A stretch of 64,000 nucleotides of DNA from positions 187,291 through 251,290 of the forward strand of contig CAVZYA010000002.1 of the NCBI GenBank assembly GCA_963779415.1, written 5' to 3'. Of the stretch, positions 54,128-64,000 are shown piece by piece (the first letter of the stretch is position 1; every line of letters starts with the position of its first letter). Position numbers and translations under genes: made by a program. Origin of the DNA: an uncultured Acidobacteriota bacterium (GTDB lineage: Bacteria; Acidobacteriota; Thermoanaerobaculia; UBA5066). The notes below the pieces were generated by a model that did no database searches, was not told where the DNA came from, and was given only the letters and a program-made list of their open reading frames with translations.

Positions 54128-54185
54128 AAGAAGAGAACCCCCCGCCGCAGTGCCGGAAGGGGGCTCGAACGTACCCGACCTTGCG

Positions 54186-55632
54186 TTACTTCTTCGCCTT
54201 TTTCGCCTTCTTCGCGGCCTTCGGCGCCGGCTTGGCGTAGTACCCCTTCGGGCCGATCTTTCCGAGCGCGGCGACCTCCTCGAAGTACTTCGCGAAAGCG
54301 ATCATGCCGCCTTCCGCCTGCTCCCAGTCATAGTTTTCGTTCGGGGCGTGGTAGCCGTGCTCCGGGAGCGAGAGGCCGAGGAAGAGGACGGGGGCCCTCA
54401 GCACCTTCTCCATCGTGAGGACGGCGCCGATGGAGCCCCCCTCGCGGACGAAGACGGGCTCGCGGCCGAACGCGAACTTCACCGAGCTCCGGACGCTGTC
54501 GGCGAGCGGGCCGGTCGTGATTCCCTGATACGGGTCGAGCCGGTTCTCGAGCGAAACCTTCACGTCGGGGTTCTTCGACTTGACGAACTTCGTGACGAGC
54601 TTCGCGATCTTCTCGCCGTTCTGCTTCGGCACGAGGCGGCAGGAGACCTTGAACTCGGCGCGCGGCGGGATGACCGTCTTGATCCCGGGCCCCGTGTAGC
54701 CGCCGACGATGCCGTGCAGCTCGAACGTGGGCATCGCCCAGATCCGTTTCATCACGTCGAGGGCGTCCTTCGTCCGGATCGACTTGAAGAGATGGTCCCC
54801 CATGAACCCCTTCACCGTGAAGCCCGAGCGCGCGAAATCGGCGAGCTCGGCCTTCGTGGGGGGGATGACGTCGTCGTAGAAGCCCGGGATCTTCACGCGC
54901 CCCGTCTGTCCGTCGAAGCACTCGGAGACGACCTTCACGAGCTCGGAAAGCGGATTGCGCGCGGCGCCCCCCGTGACGCCCGAGTGCTGGTCGGTCGTCC
55001 CCGTCTCGAGCGAGAAGGTGAACCCCTGCAGGCCGCGGAGGCCCGCCGGAGACGCCGGCTTGCCGCGGGCGATCCAGATCGTGTCGGAGACGATGATGGA
55101 ATCGGTCGCGAGCTGGGAGGCGGCCGCCGAGATTCCCTTCTGGAAGCTGGGGGACCCGATCTCCTCCTCGAACTCCCAGAGAACGCGAAGGTTCACGGGG
55201 AGCTTCGCCTCGGCCGCCGCCTTGATCCCGAAGAGGGCCGACAGCGCGGGCCCCTTGTCGTCCGTCGAGCCGCGGCCGTAATACCGGTCCCCCTTCTTCG
55301 TGAAGACGAAGGGCTCCGTCTCCCACGGCTCGGTCTCCTTCGACGCCGGCTGGACGTCGAGGTGGTTGTAGACGGTGACGGTGGGCCAGGCGGGGTTTTC
55401 TCCCCACGCGCCGTGGACGATCGGGTTTCCGGTCGGTCTCGAGGATCCCCGGGCTCCCTCCGAAGGCACGGATCGTGTCGGCGGCGAGCTTGGCGCACTC
55501 GTGGATCGCGCCCTTCATCGTCGGATCGGCGGAGATGGACGGAACCTCCACGAAGGTCTTGAGGAGGCTCTCGAAGGGCTCCCGATTCTTCTGGGCGAAG
55601 GAAAGGAGCTTTTCCTTTTCGAAGTGCTTCAT
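54186..55632 (-). CDS. M20-family metallopeptidase (dipeptidase-like) with a Lys/Ala-rich C-terminal tail; apparent frameshift at ~55430-55470
   Basis: The N-terminus 'MKHFEKEKLL ... TFVEVPSISADP' is in ORF 54328..55632; the rest, 'NPIVHGAWGENPAWPTVTVYNHLDVQP ... GSTDDKG ... EEEIGS', is in ORF 54186..55469. The C-terminus is KPAPKAAKKAKKAKK. Confidence 0.7.
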
Positions 55633-55656
55633 GCCGGGAAGTCTACCCCCGGCCCG

Positions 55657-56106
55657 TCACTCCGCGGCGGGGGTCCCGGGCTCGGACGGGGGGCGTCTGC
55701 GCTGCGCCTGCCGCTCCCGCCGGCGAAGCTGCCGCTCCTCCTCCTGCTTGAAGAGGTACTTGATCGCGTGCTTCGGAATCAGGAGGTTCGGCGCCCCCTC
55801 GCGGTTCACCTTGAGGACGTCCTTGTCGTACCACTCGATCCAGCCGCGTATCTCCTCGCCGTCGACGAGCCGGACGACGATCGGCGTCCGGGCCTGCATC
55901 TGCTTGAGGTAGTAGAAGGCCTCGGCGTTCGTCTGCTCGGGGGGAGCCATCTTGCGGGAGGACGGGACGCGCAGCCCCTGGTCGCGCCGGATTTCGGACA
56001 GAGAGGGCCGGATCAGCTTGCGCGGCCCCAGCTCGGCGGTTGTCGGAGCGGCGGGCAGGGGAGCGGGGGGGTCTCCCCCGGACGGCGGTTTGCGGACGAT
56101 GGCCAT
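55657..56106 (-). CDS. Hfq-like Sm-fold protein with long N- and C-terminal extensions (tentative)
   Basis: AGGAG RBS 8 nt upstream of ATG 56106. The core 'FYYLKQMQARTPIVVRLVDGEEIRGWIEWYDKDVLKV ... LIPKHAIKYL' matches the Hfq Sm1/Sm2 ([YF]KHAI) pattern. Confidence 0.45.
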   Translation of the reverse strand: MAIVRKPPSGGDPPAPLPAAPTTAELGPRKLIRPSLSEIRRDQGLRVPSSRKMAPPEQTNAEAFYYLKQMQARTPIVVRLVDGEEIRGWIEWYDKDVLKVNREGAPNLLIPKHAIKYLFKQEEERQLRRRERQAQRRRPPSEPGTPAAE

Positions 56107-56187
56107 ACGTTATCTCCTACGAAATCCGCGGCCGGGGAGTTTACGGCGCGGAGTGTAGACCGCTCTCCCGAAAGAGGCGAGAGCCCG

Positions 56188-56988
56188 TCAGGCTTCGAGC
56201 GGCGCGGGGGGCGGCGGAACGGACGGAGGGGCGGGAGGAGCCTGAGAGGCACGCTTCTCGCCTCCGTGCCCGAGGCGACGGGCCGCCTCGATCCCGCCAT
56301 CCAGCTCGTAGGCTACGCAACACTTGAGCCGGCCACAATGGCCGGTCAGCTTCGCGGGATTCGGCGTGATCCCCTGCATCTTCGCCATCTTGATGGCGAC
56401 CGGATGAAAGGCCCGAAGCCAGGTGGAGCAGCAGAGCGTCAGGCCGCACGACCCGATCCCGCCGAGGAGCTTCGTCTCGTCGCGGACGCCCATCATCCGG
56501 ACGTCGACGCGCATCTCGAACTTCTCGGCGACGGCGCGGGCGAGGTCCCTGGTCTCGACCTTCTTGTCGGCCGTGAAGAGGAGGACGATCTTCCGCCGGT
56601 CGAACCCGACCTGTGCCTTGACGACGTTCAGGTCGAGATGGCGCTCCTCGACGACAGAGTCGGCAAAGGCCTTCGCCTCTCTCTGAAGGTCGAGGCGCTC
56701 CGAGTAGTCCGCGTACTCGGAGTCGGAGGCGAGGCGGAGGAAGCGGCGCGCCTTCCGCGCCGAGCAGGCTTTCGGGAGGCCCGGAGAGGTCGTCGTGACC
56801 TCGGCGAACTCGGGGCCGCCGTCCGTCTCGACGAGGATGCGCTCCCCCGCTTTCACCTGGACCTCGCCGGTGAAGACGAGCGTCGTCTTGCCGTCCTCGG
56901 CGTCCGCGAGGCGGACCCCCACGTAGTTCCCTCCCGGGTTCGTCCACGTCCCGATCGAGCAGCTCGTGCAACCCCCCATCGGTGGCAT
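56188..56988 (-). CDS. PSP1 C-terminal-domain protein (RicT/YaaT-like)
   Basis: Conserved '[13 protein letters not shown]' and '[13 protein letters not shown]' cysteine motifs of the PSP1/YaaT family. Confidence 0.7.
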   Translation of the reverse strand: MPPMGGCTSCSIGTWTNPGGNYVGVRLADAEDGKTTLVFTGEVQVKAGERILVETDGGPEFAEVTTTSPGLPKACSARKARRFLRLASDSEYADYSERLDLQREAKAFADSVVEERHLDLNVVKAQVGFDRRKIVLLFTADKKVETRDLARAVAEKFEMRVDVRMMGVRDETKLLGGIGSCGLTLCCSTWLRAFHPVAIKMAKMQGITPNPAKLTGHCGRLKCCVAYELDGGIEAARRLGHGGEKRASQAPPAPPSVPPPPAPLEA

Positions 56989-57035
56989 TGTGCCGACCGG
57001 ACCCGGACTCGGTCAAATGTCCGACTGGTGGTCTA

Positions 57036-58670
57036 ATGGATCATCGTCAAAGGAGGCCCAGCGTGTCCGGCACCTCGTGGCTCCGCTATCGCGCCCTTTC
57101 GCTCCACCTTCCGGCGGCGGGCGTGGCTCTCGATCTCTCGAAGGCGTCCCTCCCCGACGACGCGATCAAGTGGGACCCGCTCGTCTTCCGCGGGTTCCCC
57201 GAGGCGTTCGCCGCGATGGAAGCCCTCGAGCGGGGGGCCATCGCGAACCCGGGAGAGAACCGGATGGTGGGCCACTACTGGCTCCGCGCGCCACAGCTCG
57301 TCCCGGACCCGGCGATCCGGGCCGTCATCGAGGCCACCGGCAAGCAGGTCCGCTCGTTCGCGGCCGACGTTCATTCCGGAAAGATCGCGCCGCCGAAGGC
57401 GCCGCGCTTCCGGAATCTTCTCGTCGTCGGCATCGGCGGCTCGGCGCTCGGCCCGCAGCTCCTCGCCGACGCCCTCACGACGCCGAACGACCGGCTTCAC
57501 CCCTTCTTCTTCGACAACACCGACCCGGACGGGATGGTGCGCGAGCTTTCGCGGATCGCGATGGCGGGGGGGCTCGCGACGACGCTCACGATCGTCATCT
57601 CGAAGTCCGGAGCGACGAAGGAGACGCGGAACGGGATGCTCCTCGCCGAGGAGGCCTACCGACGCGCGGGGCTCGACTTCGGGCGCCACGCGGTGGCCGT
57701 TACCGGCGGCCGGAGCGACCTGGACGGCGTGGCGAGCCGGGAACGATGGCTCGCCCGATTCCCGATGTGGGACTGGGTGGGGGGCCGGACCTCCGTGACG
57801 TCCGCCGTCGGGCTCCTCCCCGCCGCCCTGCAGGGGATCGACGTCGCCGAGTTCCTCGCCGGAGCCGCCGCGATGGACGAGGCGACCCGGGTCCCGCGCG
57901 TCGCGGAGAATCCCGCAGCCCTCCTCGCCCTCGCGTGGTACCGCGAGACGGAAGGGCGCGGACGGAAGGACATGGTCGTCCTGCCTTACAAGGACCGTCT
58001 CCTCCTCTTCACGCGCTATCTCCAGCAGCTCGTCATGGAGTCGCTCGGGAAGGAGACGGACCTCTCGGGACGAGTCGTGGAACAGGGAATCTCCGTTTAC
58101 GGAAACAAGGGCTCGACCGACCAGCACGCCTTCGTCCAGCAGCTGCGCGACGGCCTCGCGAACTTCTTCGTCACCTTCATCGAGGTCGAGAAGGACCGGG
58201 GAGACGGCTTGCCGACGTTCCCCGTGGAGCCCGACGTGACGCCGGGGGACTACCTGCTCGGATTCCTCCTCGGGACGCGCAAGGCGCTCGCCGAGAAGGG
58301 GCGCTCGTCGATCACGATCACCCTCGGCGACGTCTCGGCGCGCTCTCTCGGCGCGCTCATCGCCCTCTACGAGCGGACGGTCGGCCTCTACGCCTCCCTC
58401 ATCGGCGTCAACGCCTACGACCAGCCCGGCGTCGAGGCCGGGAAGAAAGCCGCGGCCGCCGTCCTCGAGCTGCAGAAGAAGGTTCTGACCGAGGTTCGCG
58501 CCAAACCGAAGGAATTCCGGACGGCCGAGGAGATCGCACGCGCCATTCAGGCGGAGGCCGAGACGGAGACCGTCTTCCGTATCCTCCGTCACCTCGGGGC
58601 GAACCCCGAGCGGGGAATCCTCCGGCAGGACGCCGCAACCCCGTACGAAGCGCGGTTCGGCCTTCCGTGA
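57036..58670 (+). CDS. pgi: Glucose-6-phosphate isomerase
   Basis: SIS-domain motifs [40 protein letters not shown]; the C-terminal '[14 protein letters not shown]' is typical of PGI. Confidence 0.85.
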   Translation: MDHRQRRPSVSGTSWLRYRALSLHLPAAGVALDLSKASLPDDAIKWDPLVFRGFPEAFAAMEALERGAIANPGENRMVGHYWLRAPQLVPDPAIRAVIEATGKQVRSFAADVHSGKIAPPKAPRFRNLLVVGIGGSALGPQLLADALTTPNDRLHPFFFDNTDPDGMVRELSRIAMAGGLATTLTIVISKSGATKETRNGMLLAEEAYRRAGLDFGRHAVAVTGGRSDLDGVASRERWLARFPMWDWVGGRTSVTSAVGLLPAALQGIDVAEFLAGAAAMDEATRVPRVAENPAALLALAWYRETEGRGRKDMVVLPYKDRLLLFTRYLQQLVMESLGKETDLSGRVVEQGISVYGNKGSTDQHAFVQQLRDGLANFFVTFIEVEKDRGDGLPTFPVEPDVTPGDYLLGFLLGTRKALAEKGRSSITITLGDVSARSLGALIALYERTVGLYASLIGVNAYDQPGVEAGKKAAAAVLELQKKVLTEVRAKPKEFRTAEEIARAIQAEAETETVFRILRHLGANPERGILRQDAATPYEARFGLP

Positions 58671-58691
58671 AAGAGCGCGGACGCGAAGGCG

Positions 58692-59235
58692 CTACGGGGA
58701 CTTCTTCAGGCTCTTGAGCAGCGCGTCGAAAGCGGCCTTCTCTTTTCCGACTGTCTTCTTCGGTCCGGTCATCTTGAAGAAGACCGACCCGCGCGGCCCC
58801 TCCGCGATCGCCCCTTCCAGGGCATAGCCCTTCATCGGGCCGGCCGATGCCCCGCCCATTCCCATTCCGCCCGAGTACGTTCCCTCGGCCGCGCAGATCG
58901 TGACCGGGACGTCGCCGATCTTCATCTGCGACCGGGAGGGCTTCTTCGACCCGGCCTCCGGCGTCATCTGGGCGAACCAGCGGTCGACGTTCGCGTCGAC
59001 TCCCCCTCCCTGCCCCTGTCCGAAGTAGAAGATGGCGAGTTCCGCCCCTTCCTTGTCGCCGGGGGCCACGGGGGTCCGGTACGTGGCGACGCGCATCGAG
59101 GAGCCGGCCACGGCTGTCCACTCCTTCGGGACGATCCACGAAAGGCCGCCGGCGGAAGTGGGGGAAGCCGTCAGCGCCGTGGCGCCGTGGGAAGAGGCGA
59201 GCTGGGCGAGGAGGACGAGAGCGGTGAGCGTCATA
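58692..59235 (-). CDS. Secreted hypothetical protein
   Basis: Signal peptide MTLTALVLLAQLASSHG; Gly/Met-rich region; no known motif. Confidence 0.45.
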
Positions 59236-59299
59236 CCCCCGATTCTTCCATACTCCCGCCGCGAGTTCCGTCCGGAAGAGAGAGGCGCGCCGTGCGGAA

Positions 59300-60609
59300 T
59301 CAGCGGAGGAACGCGCCCGAACGCTCGCGGAGGATCTCGAGAGCGCCCTTGCCGATGTCGCGGCGGAAGTGTCTTCCTTCGAAGCGGATCTTCGCGGCCG
59401 CGTCGCGGGACTTCGCGAGGGCCGTGGAGAGGGAGCGCCCGCGCGCGCAGACGGAGAGGACGCGGCCGCCGGCCGTGACGAGCTTTCCGTCCCGGTCGCG
59501 TGCCGTCCCGGAATGAAAGACGACGACGTCCGGGTCGGCCGACGCCTCCTCGATCCCCTCGATGACGCGCCCTCGTTCGTACGGGCCGGGGTATCCCTCG
59601 GCGGTCACGACGACACAGGCCGTCGCCTCCCGCCGCCAGGCGATCTTCCCCGCGTCCTCGAGCCGCCCCTTCGCGGCGGCGACGAGGAAGGGAAGGAGGT
59701 CGCTCTCGAGCCGGATCAGGATCGACTGCGTCTCGGGGTCGCCGAAGCGGACGTTGTACTCGAGGACATAGGGGTTCGTCCCCCCCTCGAGCATCAGCCC
59801 CACGAAGAGAACGCCGCGGAACGGACGCCCTTCCACCGTCATTCCCTTGAGTGTCGGATGGACGACGTACGTCAGGACGTCCGCGGCGGTCGCCGCGTCG
59901 AGGACGACGGACGGGGAGTGGGACCCCATCCCGCCCGTGTTCGGGCCACGGTCCCCCTCGAAGACCTTCTTGTAGTCCTTCGTCGTCGCGAGCGGAACGG
60001 CGAGCGTGCCGTCGCAGAGACAGAGGAAGCTGACCTCCTCGCCGGCGAGGAACCGCTCCACGAGCACGCGGTCCCCCGCCGTGCCGAAGACCCGCTCCTC
60101 GAAGAAGAGTCGGAGCGCCTTCTCGAACTCGTCGGCCGTCGTCGCGATGACGACGCCCTTTCCCGACGCCAGTCCGTCCGCCTTCAGGACGCACGGGAGT
60201 CCGATCCGCCGGACCGCCGCCTGCGCTTCGGCACGCGTGAGGCAGACCTCCGCCTGCGGGGTCGGAATGCCGTATTTCTGCATGAAGGACTTCGAGAAGA
60301 CCTTCGATCCCTCGAGCTCGGCGGCAAGGCGGTTCGGCCCGAAGGCGAGGAGCCCGCGGCTGGTCAGCTCGTCGACGAGACCGAGCGCGAGGGGAAGCTC
60401 GGGGCCGACGACCGTCAGGTCGACGGACATCGACTCGGCGAAATCGGCGATCTCGACGACGTCCTCGGCGCCGATCGGGATGCAGGTGGCTTTCTCGGCG
60501 ATTCCGGGATTCCCCGGCGCGCAGAAGAGTTCCGTGACCTGCGGCGACTGGGAGAGCTTCCAGACGAGCGAATGTTCCCGTCCCCCCCGCCGATCACCAA
60601 CACCCGCAT
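59300..60609 (-). CDS. purD: Phosphoribosylamine--glycine ligase; apparent 1-nt deletion in a 7-C/G homopolymer at 60583-60589
   Basis: The N-terminus 'MRVLVIGGG' (ORF 60415..60609) becomes 'VIGGGGREHSLVWKL...' only if one more G is added to the run. The rest (ATP-grasp, GGMGSHSP, LEYNVRFGDPE) is in ORF 59300..60430. Confidence 0.85.
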
Positions 60610-60769
60610 GATGAGCGGATCATAGGACAGCTGTGAGGTCCCCCTTGAATTCCCTGGCTGAAGGGGTCTAAGCTCCTCGGCAGGCTCTCGAGGCCGAAAT
60701 GTCGTGGTGCCTTCCGGTTCCGCCCTTGACCGCCATGGAGAAGACGCGGTGAGCGTGCCGCTTCCTCAG

Positions 60770-61684
60770 ATGGCGGATGCTGCTCGAAAGGCGGCCGAGG
60801 AGGCGCGTGAGCAGGGGATCGCCCACGGGGAACGAGGCGACTTCGCCGCGGCCCTCTCCCACTTCGACACGGCGCTTTCGCACGCGCGCGAGACGGGCGA
60901 CGAGACTTTCATCGACTGGATCTTCGTCTCCCGCGCGGCCGCGGCGGTCGAGGTGGGGGCCTCCGAATCCGACCTTCTCGAGCTGAAGGAGATCCTCCTC
61001 AGGCGGACCGATCCCAGGATCGCTCTCCGGGCCTCCTCGTCGCTCTCGGTGGCCTTCGACCTTCAGCGCGACACCCGGAAAGCCCTCTTCTACGCCCGCA
61101 TCGCCCGGCGCCACGCCGAGGAACTCGCGGATCCTGCCCATCTCTCGGCGACCGCGAATCATCTCGGCGCCATCCTCGCGGCCTCCAGCCGTTTCGACGA
61201 GGCCGCGGAGGCGTTCCGGACCGCCCTCGACTGGAACGCGAAGGAGGCCGGGGACTCGGAGGTCTGGCGGGCCCAGGCGAACGACAACCTCGGGTACTGC
61301 CTCATCGCCCTCGACCGGATCGAGGAAGGAATGCCGCTCGTCCACGGGGCGCTCGAGACGCTCCGGAAGAAGAATGCGACGGGCTTCCTCGTCTACCCGC
61401 TCATGGACCTCTGCTTCGGCTACCTGAAGCAGGACCGGTACGCGGAGGCCCGGTTCTTCGGCGAGGCCGCCCTCGAGCGGCTCGAGACCGGCGGCCCGAC
61501 GGCCGACCTCGCCGTCGAGAAGAACCTCCTCTACCTCCTCGGCGAGGCGTGCCAGCTCGCCGGCGACGAGGACGAGGCCGAGGAATGGTTCGCGCGCCTC
61601 GCCCGCCACTATCCCGAGTTCAAGAACCTCCGGACGTACCTCGAGGTCTTCGACCTCAGGAACGTCATCAACCTCAGGACCTGA
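60770..61684 (+). CDS. TPR-like helical-repeat hypothetical protein
   Basis: Repeated 'A...F..AL......G' helical hairpins; the start is uncertain (ATG 60770, or earlier GTG/ATG from 60704). Confidence 0.45.
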   Translation: MADAARKAAEEAREQGIAHGERGDFAAALSHFDTALSHARETGDETFIDWIFVSRAAAAVEVGASESDLLELKEILLRRTDPRIALRASSSLSVAFDLQRDTRKALFYARIARRHAEELADPAHLSATANHLGAILAASSRFDEAAEAFRTALDWNAKEAGDSEVWRAQANDNLGYCLIALDRIEEGMPLVHGALETLRKKNATGFLVYPLMDLCFGYLKQDRYAEARFFGEAALERLETGGPTADLAVEKNLLYLLGEACQLAGDEDEAEEWFARLARHYPEFKNLRTYLEVFDLRNVINLRT

Positions 61685-61687
61685 CGA

Positions 61688-62781
61688 ATGAGCCCCCGCG
61701 TTTTCCGCCTCCTCCGCCTTCTTCCGGCCCTCGCGCTCGTGGCCGGGCTCGCGGTTCTTCCGCAGGACGGTATTCGCGGCATCGGCGGTTCTCGCCAAGG
61801 ACGGAACGCTCTACGAGGTGTTCTCGACGACCTACGGCACGGCGATCGGCAACGCGGCCGACCCCAACGCGAACCTCCCGGTTCTCGCCCTCCGGACGAC
61901 CCCGTCCGGCAGGCACCCCGACCCTGCAGGTCGTGGAGGGCTCGCTCGACGGCGAGGTCGAGGGGTCCGAGTCGATCGAGTTCGAGGAAGAGACGCAGAC
62001 GGTCTTCCTCGTCTTCACGAAGCAGCAGACCATCTATCAGGGCGTCACGGTGTCGCTCCTCCAGAACGGCGTCTGGTCGACGCAGCAGGTCCTCCCGGCG
62101 TCGGGCGGCGCGGCGGTGATGAACCCGCAGATGGTCCTCACCCGCCAGCAATATCTCGATACGTCGGCGGCGGACCCGGCGGCCTGGACCGAGAAGTGGC
62201 GTTCGATTGTCTCCGTCGTCTGGTGGGAGGAAGGGACGCTCCTGCAGGCGGAATACGCCGTCCTCTTCGTGGAGGACGGGGTCCTGAACACCAGCTTCAT
62301 CGCGGGGTACAACCTGAACGAGCTCGCCGCGGCGTCGGGACCGACGTCACCGGCGGGGCTCGCCCCCTCGATCTACCGGTTCCCGGCCGTCCAACGCGAT
62401 TTCGCGGGGGACGGAGGCGTTCTCGTCTCCTTTGCGAACCTCTCCACGCAGCGCCAGATGGTCGGTTCGATCTCGTTCGTAAGCAGCCCGGTCGCGGGTC
62501 CCGGCATCAGCGGGCCTGTGGCCTACTCCCGGCACCGCCCCATCTTCGCGACGATGGGCGACGGTTCCCTGCCGGGCACCGGCGCCATCCAGGCCGCGAG
62601 CCTAGGCACGATCATCTCGCCCTCCGGTGGCTCGACGTTCTGGTGGATAGACGGTTCCACGATGAAGGTCCTTCCCGCGGGAGCGGCAAAAGACGCCGTG
62701 CCGCTCTCGATGCCGATCCGGCCCGACTTCTCCGTCGACAAGGCGCTTGCGGTCATCCGCGAGATGGCCGAAAAGGAGTAG
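61688..62781 (+). CDS. Secreted hypothetical protein with two apparent frameshifts in the first ~250 nt
   Basis: Signal peptide MSPRVFRLLRLLPALALVAGLAVLP is in frame 2. 'AVLAKDGTLYEVFSTTYGTAIGNAADPNANLPVLALRTTPSG' is in frame 0. The remainder, 'TLQVVEGSLDGEVEGSESIEFEEETQTVFLVF ... MAEKE', is in frame 1. Confidence 0.4.
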
Positions 62782-62884
62782 ATCTTCCTCGCGGTGCGGC
62801 CGGAGGATGCGTCGAGCGGGGCCGAGCAGAGGTTGACCACCGCGCCCCTTCGTCTCCGAAGGGGCGTTTTCGTCTGACGACGGC

Positions 62885-64000
62885 ATGACGAGGCACGACA
62901 TCCTCGAGAAGCTCCGGGAGAGCGTCCTTCTCGCCGACGGCGCCGTGGGGACGCTGCTCGTCTCGCGCGGCGCGCCGCCGGACGGGCCCCGCTCCCCGCT
63001 CTGCGTCTCAGCGCCGGACCTTGTCCGCGAAGTTCACGAAGACTACGTCGCGGCCGGCGCGCAGATCCTGACGACGAACACATGGGACGCGAACCGGGCG
63101 AAGCTCGCGAAGTTCGACTGGGCGGACTCCCTCGAGAAGATCAACCGCGAGGGCGTCCGCCTCGCGCGCGCGGCCGCCGAAGGGGAGTACGTCCTCGTGT
63201 CGGGGGACATGGGGCCTCTCGGGCAGCTCGTGAAGCCTTACGGGCCGCTCACGAAAGGGCAGATCCGGGAGATCTTCACCGAGCAGGCCCGGATCCTCCT
63301 CGAGGAAGGAGTCGACCTGATCGGCCTCGAGACGTTCTCCTCGGAGCTCGAGATCCTCGAGGCGATCCGCGCCGTCCGATCGCTCTCGGACGGGATCCCG
63401 ATTCTCGCGTCGCTCACCTTCCTCGCCGACGGAAAGACGAGCTTCGGCGACGAAGCCGCCCGGGCGCTCCACGCCGCTGCCGAGGCGGGCGCGGACATCG
63501 TCGGGATGAACTGCACGATCGGCCCGCAGGAGTCTCTCGACATCTTCATCCGCGTCGCGGGAACGCTCCCCGTCCCCGTCTCCGTGATGCCGAACGCCGG
63601 CTACCCGTGGACCGTCTCCGGGCGGACGGTCTACCCCGCCACGCCCGACTATTTCCGCGAGGTGGCCCGCGACTTCGTCAAGACGGGGGCTGCCATTCTC
63701 GGCGGCTGCTGCGGCACCGGGCCCGAGCACATCGCGGCGATGGCGCGCGAGGTCGTCGGGAAGAAGCGGTTCGTCGCCGTCCCGTACCGGGCCGCCGTCG
63801 AGGTGGAGCGGATCTCGCGCCCCGCGGAGGCCCCGCTCGAGACCTCGGCGCTGAAACGGAAGCTCGCCGACCCGGCCTCCTTCGTCGTGACGGCGGAGGT
63901 CGAGCCGCCGAAGGGGACGGACGTCTCCTCGGCGGTGGAAGGAGCGCGCCGGCTGAAGGCGCTCGGCGTCGACGGCGTCAACGTCACCGACAACCCGATG
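62885..64000 (+). CDS. Bifunctional homocysteine S-methyltransferase/methylenetetrahydrofolate reductase (YitJ-like), N-terminal part; continues past the window end
   Basis: Hcy-methyltransferase pterin-binding-barrel motifs (ADGAVGT, ILTTNTW, GMNCTIGP, GGCCGTGPEHI), followed by the start of an MTHFR domain (VTAEVEPPKG). Confidence 0.8.
   Translation, partial: MTRHDILEKLRESVLLADGAVGTLLVSRGAPPDGPRSPLCVSAPDLVREVHEDYVAAGAQILTTNTWDANRAKLAKFDWADSLEKINREGVRLARAAAEGEYVLVSGDMGPLGQLVKPYGPLTKGQIREIFTEQARILLEEGVDLIGLETFSSELEILEAIRAVRSLSDGIPILASLTFLADGKTSFGDEAARALHAAAEAGADIVGMNCTIGPQESLDIFIRVAGTLPVPVSVMPNAGYPWTVSGRTVYPATPDYFREVARDFVKTGAAILGGCCGTGPEHIAAMAREVVGKKRFVAVPYRAAVEVERISRPAEAPLETSALKRKLADPASFVVTAEVEPPKGTDVSSAVEGARRLKALGVDGVNVTDNPM

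Noticed and set aside
54186-54230. Lys/Ala-rich tail of the M20 peptidase (KPAPKAAKKAKKAKK) as a separate histone-like or nucleic-acid-binding gene.
   Set aside because: It is in-frame with, and contiguous to, the peptidase C-terminus. It is more likely a flexible tail than an independent ORF.

Overview
A 64 kb, roughly 70% GC chromosomal segment from what looks like a soil bacterium; the two TolB-N-like/TPR Ser/Thr kinases and the abundance of large secreted enzymes suggest Acidobacteria, but that assignment is inferred only. Coding density is high on both strands.

Housekeeping genes present: serS, pgi, purD, a YitJ-like homocysteine methyltransferase/MTHFR fusion (partial at the window end), an Hfq-like protein, a β-carbonic anhydrase, tRNA-Arg(TCT) and two tandem tRNA-Ser genes.

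The most unusual block is 12.0-27.9 kb:
- Four co-oriented, tightly packed genes encode large secreted proteins: a Trp-rich triple-repeat protein, two paralogous proteins with a C-terminal DUF4185-like glycosidase-like domain, and a 1567-aa protein combining a GH-like domain, a Cys-type sulfatase, two PKD domains and more.
- The last three of these each carry two tandem copies of a roughly 200-aa domain I cannot assign to any family I know, six copies in total.
- Next to them sit an LtaS-like sulfatase and an arylsulfotransferase.

I read this block as a candidate sulfated-glycan/sulfate-ester processing locus built around a possibly undescribed binding or anchoring domain.

Other notable features:
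- A B12-binding radical SAM protein fused to a C-terminal STAS (anti-sigma antagonist-like) domain.
- An Fe-S protein with a CNCCGCCC cysteine cluster.
- An HlyD adaptor plus two FtsX permeases with no ATPase in the window.
- An exopolysaccharide locus of three GT2, one GT4 and a WbaP-like priming transferase.
- A PAP2/sphingomyelin-synthase-like membrane protein.
- A duplicated gene-start remnant flanking a kinase gene.

At least nine genes carry apparent 1-nt frameshifts, two of them inside C/G homopolymer runs. This argues for indel-type sequencing errors rather than widespread pseudogenisation, so the frameshift calls below should be read with that caveat. No CRISPR array, integrase, transposase or phage gene was recognised.
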